DNA of 50,005 nucleotides from positions 1 through 50,005 of the IMG/VR virus record IMGVR_UViG_3300031825_000373; one strand, 5' to 3'. Numbering within the stretch: the stretch's first letter is position 1; each line of letters starts with the position of its first letter. Positions 45,640-50,005 of this stretch are shown here, one piece after another. The notes under the pieces were generated by a model. The model saw only the letters and a program-made list of their open reading frames with translations, had not been told where the DNA came from and ran no database searches. Source of the stretch: a virus (lineage: Duplodnaviria > Caudoviricetes). Both the position numbers and the translations under genes were made by a program.

Positions 45640-46542
45640 ATGGCCAATCACTCCGCCGTTGCCCACGCATGGGCGCACCGCACGGGACGTCAGACGAAGG
45701 GCTTCAATGTCTTTTATGAGCGGGACACCATCTATTCCTATGGTTACCACTTCGCCATTGCTCGCCATTACGTTGACGCGCATGGTAACGCCTGTGTTCT
45801 CTTCAATCGGAACCACTATTCGCCCTCGACAAGCCAGCATCAGCATTACGTCGCCAGCGCTTGCCGCCACCTCCCGACCTATCAGGTTGCTAACCCGTGC
45901 CGTGATCCGAGCCGCGCCGATTGGGAGGCTTTCATTCAGGAGGCGCAGGACTGGGCGGACAAGGCGAAGCGTGCGCGGAAGTATGGTGATAGCTACCTGC
46001 GTTATGCGGCGGGGTATCTGGCCGACGCCAACGCCTTTAACGAAGCGTTCGCCCTCGGTTGCCCTACCGTCTCCCTTGAGACGCTTGGCCTTGTCACTGC
46101 GGACATTGCGGCGCGCCTTGAAGCCGAACGCCTTCGTCAGGCTCAAGAGGCGGCACAGCGTGAAGCCGAACGCCATGCACGTCAGGAAGCCACTCGGAAC
46201 GCATGGCTTGCCGGTGAAGAGGGTGTGTACTGGCATGGTCGCTCGCTCACTGGCGGCGCCTTGCTGCGGATCACAGGCGAGGAGCTTGAGACGTCCCTAG
46301 GTGCCTCTGTGCCTCTCTCCCACGCAATCCGCGTGTTCCGGTTCGTGTCCGAATGCCGGGCCAAGGGGGCCGATTGGAGGCCGAACGGGAAGAGCGTGCA
46401 TGTCGGCCACTTCACGGTTGATCGGGTCTATCCCAACGGGGATTTCAAGGCCGGTTGCCACCTCATTGAGTGGTCCGAGACGGAACGCCTTGCGCGCCAG
46501 CTGGGCCTTTTGACGCCCGACAACTCCACCAATTCACACTGA
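45640..46542 (+). CDS. Early hypothetical protein (300 aa)
   Basis: SD GAAGGA; VAHAWA, IYSYGYHFAIA, YSPSTSQHQ, LETSLGASVP, AGCHLI; function not recognised. Confidence 0.8.
   Translation: MANHSAVAHAWAHRTGRQTKGFNVFYERDTIYSYGYHFAIARHYVDAHGNACVLFNRNHYSPSTSQHQHYVASACRHLPTYQVANPCRDPSRADWEAFIQEAQDWADKAKRARKYGDSYLRYAAGYLADANAFNEAFALGCPTVSLETLGLVTADIAARLEAERLRQAQEAAQREAERHARQEATRNAWLAGEEGVYWHGRSLTGGALLRITGEELETSLGASVPLSHAIRVFRFVSECRAKGADWRPNGKSVHVGHFTVDRVYPNGDFKAGCHLIEWSETERLARQLGLLTPDNSTNSH
46521..46541 (+). promoter_or_regulatory. Motif A copy overlapping a gene end
   Basis: CAACTCCACCAATTCACACTG, 20/21; contributes to the TGA stop. Confidence 0.7.
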
Positions 46543-46548
46543 GCGGGA

Positions 46549-46597
46549 GACGCCAGCTAGGGGAGCCTTGCGGGGCTCCCACGGCGGGCGCCATGCC
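46549..46597 (+). repeat. 49-bp direct repeat copy 2 (interrupted hairpin)
   Basis: GACGCCAGCTAGGGGAGCCTTGCGGGGCTCCCACGGCGGGCGCCATGCC. Confidence 0.9.
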
Positions 46598-46614
46598 CGG
46601 CAATGGAGGTTCCT

Positions 46615-46947
46615 ATGTTCGATTTCATCTTGGGCGACGGCTACCCCTATCCGTATCCGGAAGGCATCACCGAAGAAGAACACGAGGAGATCGTGGGCGA
46701 GATGGATGTGGAGGCCATGCGCCTGCATGGTGTCGACTCTGTCGAGTGGCGGTTTGAGTGGACAATCCAGTTCGTGGATCAAGCCTCATACGACGCCGCC
46801 AAGGACGCGACTGGCTGGGAGTCTTTCGACGCGCGAGCGCTGATCCTGTCGATCCCTACAGAGCATCCGGGACGCGGTGGAATGCCCGGCATCATCGTGA
46901 AGGACAAGTCGTTCGCCCGCTGGATGATCGTGAAGGGGGAGGCTTGA
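46615..46947 (+). CDS. Early acidic hypothetical protein
   Basis: SD GGAGG then ATG at 46615; 22 D/E versus 9 K/R by manual count. Confidence 0.7.
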   Translation: MFDFILGDGYPYPYPEGITEEEHEEIVGEMDVEAMRLHGVDSVEWRFEWTIQFVDQASYDAAKDATGWESFDARALILSIPTEHPGRGGMPGIIVKDKSFARWMIVKGEA

Positions 46948-47018
46948 GCCATGATCGACGGCTTTGACGACATCCACCCTGCGGAGATGCCGCGCCCCGT
47001 GAGCTTGGAGGGCTGACA

Positions 47019-47348
47019 ATGAGCGACGCTAATCGTGAGCTTGTGGCGGCGCTCCATATCGCCAAGACCGCGCTACAGAACGCGGCCGTTCACATGCTCC
47101 AAGGCCCGGACTGGTGCCCGAACGCCTATGCCTCCATTGGCGCCGCTGTCGAGCATATCGAACGCGCCATAGAGAAAGACGCTCTTGTGGCGGCTGTAAC
47201 CCGTCACGGATGGGTCAAGAAGAAATTCGGTGAAGAGAAAAAATGGTACCGTCCGGCCGAAGATGATGGCGCGCGTTATCTGGATCACCTCAGGGGCCTC
47301 CGCAACATCTGCGAAGACTACGGCATATCTATTCATGAGGGGGTGTGA
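47019..47348 (+). CDS. Early hypothetical protein
   Basis: SD GGAGG; 109 aa. Confidence 0.65.
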   Translation: MSDANRELVAALHIAKTALQNAAVHMLQGPDWCPNAYASIGAAVEHIERAIEKDALVAAVTRHGWVKKKFGEEKKWYRPAEDDGARYLDHLRGLRNICEDYGISIHEGV

Positions 47349-47350
47349 CC

Positions 47351-47578
47351 ATGCGCGGCATCGTCATCGCCCAGTGCGGACCTCTCTCCCTCACCTCGTG
47401 GGGGCAGGGAACCGCGTACACGCTGCGACATGCGGCCGAAGGCTCCTCGGTGTTCATCCAAGGGGACGACGCGGCCACCTTCCGGGAAGAGCTGGAAGCC
47501 GAGGAGAACGCGCGGCCGACTGTGAACGCACTCCCCGAGATGTGGGACCGATACGCCCACGTTGCTGATGCTGACTGA
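47351..47578 (+). CDS. Early hypothetical protein
   Basis: SD GAGGGG; SVFIQGDDAATFREELE. Confidence 0.6.
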   Translation: MRGIVIAQCGPLSLTSWGQGTAYTLRHAAEGSSVFIQGDDAATFREELEAEENARPTVNALPEMWDRYAHVADAD

Positions 47579-47629
47579 CGCCGAAACGGAGCCCTTGCGC
47601 CGTCGCGTGGGAATGGTCTCCCGCGCCTG

Positions 47630-47842
47630 ATGAGGCAGACCCCTCGACATCACCTGTCGCCAACCGCGAGGCTCGACGTGAAAGAGCAAGAGGACCGGCC
47701 GCGTCACCTGAGGCGCTACACCGAGACCTATCTGGGGCCGAAAGGCCGCCTGCATCCCTATGACCGAGTTGGGTTATGGGCAGTCGCGTTCCACCTACTT
47801 CTGATGGTGGCTATTTTTTGCCTCCTACTGCCTAGGGGGTGA
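47630..47842 (+). CDS. Hypothetical protein with C-terminal hydrophobic segment
   Basis: 70-aa ORF; its 3' end overlaps a motif B copy. Confidence 0.4.
   Translation: MRQTPRHHLSPTARLDVKEQEDRPRHLRRYTETYLGPKGRLHPYDRVGLWAVAFHLLLMVAIFCLLLPRG
47811..47839 (+). promoter_or_regulatory. Motif B copy (putative phage promoter) upstream of the repressor-integrase module
   Basis: CTATTTTTTGCCTCCTACTGCCTAGGGGG; ends in TAGGG like T7-class initiation regions. Confidence 0.7.
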
Positions 47843-48135
47843 GAAAGGTTAACTCTTAGAGTCCACCGAGAGGGTCACATTACGACCCCCTGATTGTTCT
47901 CCTCCCTGATGCCACCGATGGATGAACTGAGGATGGTTCCTGTAGGTCAGTTATGCGGTATTCGCATGACAGAGGGGCTGACCTCCCGCAATTCCTCAAT
48001 CTCACAGCTTCCGAAGCAGTGGAGCTGCCGTTGGAAAGCCTCTGTCCCAACGGTAGGATGGCTGAATGTTCTCGTTGTGTTCTCATCAGGGTGGGAGACG
48101 GTCAAGGTGGAGCTAGTTGGTTGTAAGTCATTCGA

Positions 48136-48165
48136 TTGTGATGACGATGACACTAAGGCTATGCT
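48136..48165 (+). promoter_or_regulatory. Candidate host sigma70 promoter for the repressor
   Basis: TTGTGA-18 nt-TATGCT about 35 nt before the repressor start. Confidence 0.45.
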
Positions 48166-48200
48166 TGTGGGGAAGCACGACTCACCCGGAGAACATGGCA

Positions 48201-48548
48201 ATGGCATTTTCTCATCCGCAGTACGCCTCAGCAGACGCTGTAGCCTTGCGGAAGCAGGCTGGTGTGTATCTCAAGCATCTGCGCGAGGAAGCCGAGCTGA
48301 CGCAGCTCCAGCTCGCCAAGGAGCTTGGCTTGGACTATGCCCAGATGGTCTCCCATGTGGAGATCGGGAAGGCGCGCGTCCCGCCAGACAAGATCATTCC
48401 ATGGGCGCAAGCGGTGAAGAGAGACCCGCGCGAGGTGGCTCGGGAGCTGCTGAAATTCTACGACCCCTACATGTGGCAAGCCCTGTTCGGGGGAACGTCG
48501 TCAGGATCGAAGACTACCGGCCAGCACACCGCAGGAGCCGACAGCTGA
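48201..48548 (+). CDS. XRE-family HTH protein, probable prophage repressor
   Basis: GVYLKHLREEAELTQLQLAKELG...MVSHVEIGKARVP; no S24 autopeptidase domain; in the integrase module. Alternative ATG at 48195. Confidence 0.85.
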   Translation: MAFSHPQYASADAVALRKQAGVYLKHLREEAELTQLQLAKELGLDYAQMVSHVEIGKARVPPDKIIPWAQAVKRDPREVARELLKFYDPYMWQALFGGTSSGSKTTGQHTAGADS

Positions 48549-48829
48549 CCGAGCTTAACTCGCTGCGCCAGCTGATCCAGCTGGAGGCCGCATCATGCGG
48601 CTTTACGTCTGTCGAATGGGAAGAGGTGGAGGTGATCCATGAGGAGGACGGGGAAGTGTCCCTGTCGATCCCAATGGGCTCCACCAGCCTCGCCATCGTT
48701 CCCTCTCCCTCGAACCTCGACGTGTACGACCTGATCCGCTTCGGGGAGACCACCACGGTCCTCCTCCAGGCGGCCACGATCATTTCCGTCATGAGCCGAC
48801 TGCGAACCTGCCTGCAAGCGTGGGGATGA
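48545..48829 (+). CDS. Acidic hypothetical protein between repressor and integrase (94 aa, CTG start inferred)
   Basis: AGGAG 7 nt before an in-frame CTG that overlaps the repressor TGA; stop 3 nt before the integrase ATG. Confidence 0.6.
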   Translation: MTELNSLRQLIQLEAASCGFTSVEWEEVEVIHEEDGEVSLSIPMGSTSLAIVPSPSNLDVYDLIRFGETTTVLLQAATIISVMSRLRTCLQAWG

Positions 48830-48832
48830 CCG

Positions 48833-50005
48833 ATGACTGTCCAGCTCTACAAGCGGCCCAACAGCCCCTACTGGTACTTCGACCTTGCCGTGAAGGGGGT
48901 GCGTAAGCGCACCTCGACCAAGCGCACGGTGAAGCGTGAGGCCCAGCAGGTGGCCGAGGAGGCGCTACGGCGTGCCCTCGACAAGTCTCAGCTTGGCCGC
49001 GATCTCCAGCAAATCACAGTGAAGGATGCGATTTACAACTACTACCTCGCAAAGCGCCGGGGACAGTTGGATGACCGTCGCTACAAGGATTTGGAGTACG
49101 TGGCCCGCAAGGTGCTCGGGGAGGTGAAGGGCATCAAGGGCCTGCGCTCCGGCATCCACATGGATGAGCTGACCCACAACATGCTGGTGCAGTATCGCAC
49201 CGCTCGGATGGGTGAGAAGGCCGCCATCCGAACCATCGATCATGAGATGCGGCTGCTCTCTGCGGCCTATCACATGGTGGCCGGGGACTTCCTCGTGACG
49301 GCGGGTCTCAAGTTCCCCATTGAGCGTCCCAAGGGCCAGCCTCGGTTCCTCACAGACGACGAAGAGACCGCCCTTCTGGCCGAACTGAACCCGAACCGGG
49401 CTATCCCCATGTCCCGCAAGGGAAAACCGGGGAGGTCCTATTTTCTGCCTCCTACTGCCCAAGCGTTTCACCAGCGGCAGGACAACTACGACCTCGTGGT
49501 GATGCTGCTGGACACCGGGTGCCGCTACAACGAGATCGCCCAGCTCACCTGGGACTTGGTCGACGCGGTGGACTGGCAGTGGCTCCATATCTTCCGCTGG
49601 AAGGTGGGCAACGAGGGCAAGCTGGCCATCACCAACCGGATGCGTGAAGTGCTCCAGCGGCGGTTCAAGGACCGTCGCAACAGCCACTACGTGTTCCCCG
49701 GCTGGAAGCGCGACACCAAGGAGGATGAGCCCCGTCAGTCCACCCTCGCCATCCGCAGGGCCATGGAGAAGATCGGGATCAACCACCCGGCCAAGGTGAA
49801 GCGGTTCGGAAGGCGTGACGTGCGGTCCCTGAGGGACACCTTCGCGTCCAAGCTCCGCATGAAGGGCATGAGCCTCGACCGGCTCCAGAAGCTCCTCGGG
49901 CACGCCTCGCCTGAGATGACCCAGAAGTACGCCAACCTCACCGTGGACCACGCCTCGACTGAGGCAGCGGCCATCCTCAACAGCCTGAACGGAGACACCC
50001 AGTGA
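48833..50005 (+). CDS. int: Tyrosine recombinase (phage integrase)
   Basis: N-terminal arm-binding-like LYKRPNSPYWY; PRFLT..E, LLDTGCRYNEI (Arg), SLRDTFAS (Arg), LLGH, TQKYA (Tyr). Confidence 0.93.
   Translation: MTVQLYKRPNSPYWYFDLAVKGVRKRTSTKRTVKREAQQVAEEALRRALDKSQLGRDLQQITVKDAIYNYYLAKRRGQLDDRRYKDLEYVARKVLGEVKGIKGLRSGIHMDELTHNMLVQYRTARMGEKAAIRTIDHEMRLLSAAYHMVAGDFLVTAGLKFPIERPKGQPRFLTDDEETALLAELNPNRAIPMSRKGKPGRSYFLPPTAQAFHQRQDNYDLVVMLLDTGCRYNEIAQLTWDLVDAVDWQWLHIFRWKVGNEGKLAITNRMREVLQRRFKDRRNSHYVFPGWKRDTKEDEPRQSTLAIRRAMEKIGINHPAKVKRFGRRDVRSLRDTFASKLRMKGMSLDRLQKLLGHASPEMTQKYANLTVDHASTEAAAILNSLNGDTQ
49438..49463 (+). promoter_or_regulatory. Motif B copy embedded in the integrase CDS
   Basis: CTATTTTCTGCCTCCTACTGCC is 21/22 identical to 47811-47832. 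Confidence 0.65.

Larger units (their letters stand above)
2362..50005. mobile_element. Temperate T7-like (Autographiviridae-type) prophage; right end extends beyond the window
   Basis: tRNA fragment at the left end and integrase plus repressor at the right end. Full T7-like module set between them (RNAP, primase-helicase, DNA pol A, exonuclease, portal, scaffold, capsid, tail tubes, internal proteins, fiber, terminases), nearly all on the + strand. Confidence 0.95.

Noticed and set aside
45293-46597. CRISPR array or mini-array from the repeated motifs
   Set aside because: The repeats are hundreds of bases apart with genes between them, there are no uniform spacers, and no cas genes.
47894-48829. 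311-aa ORF spanning the repressor
   Set aside because: The N-terminal two thirds overlap the non-coding leader and the repressor; only the part from the CTG at 48545 looks like a real gene.

Overview
Apart from one host-side AAA+ ATPase gene (1-1887, minus), this window is an apparently intact temperate T7-like (Autographiviridae-type) prophage of about 47.6 kb or more. It is integrated at the 3' end of a tRNA-His gene: the displaced 3' half lies at 2362-2406 on the minus strand, and its A73 discriminator suggests an alphaproteobacterial host. Gene order: RNA polymerase, gp0.7-like kinase, endolysin, SSB, RusA, primase-helicase, family A DNA polymerase, exonuclease, nucleotide-metabolism block (DUF3310, MazG, class II RNR, PhoH, ThyX) with three homing endonucleases, portal, scaffold, tRNA-Asn, capsid, tail, ejection proteins, lysis genes, terminases, putative termini, early genes, XRE repressor and tyrosine integrase. 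The other att site is predicted just beyond the right edge. The main novelty candidate is a T7-type RNA polymerase split into two separately initiated genes: an N-terminal promoter-binding part (270 aa) and a catalytic part (569 aa). Two distinct co-oriented DNA motif families accompany it, a probable phage promoter (one copy inside the integrase gene) and an asymmetric 21-bp operator-like repeat. Several genes missing or mis-started in the ORF track appear to start at CTG, including a LAGLIDADG endonuclease. All calls come from motif recognition and synteny by eye; no database searches were run.
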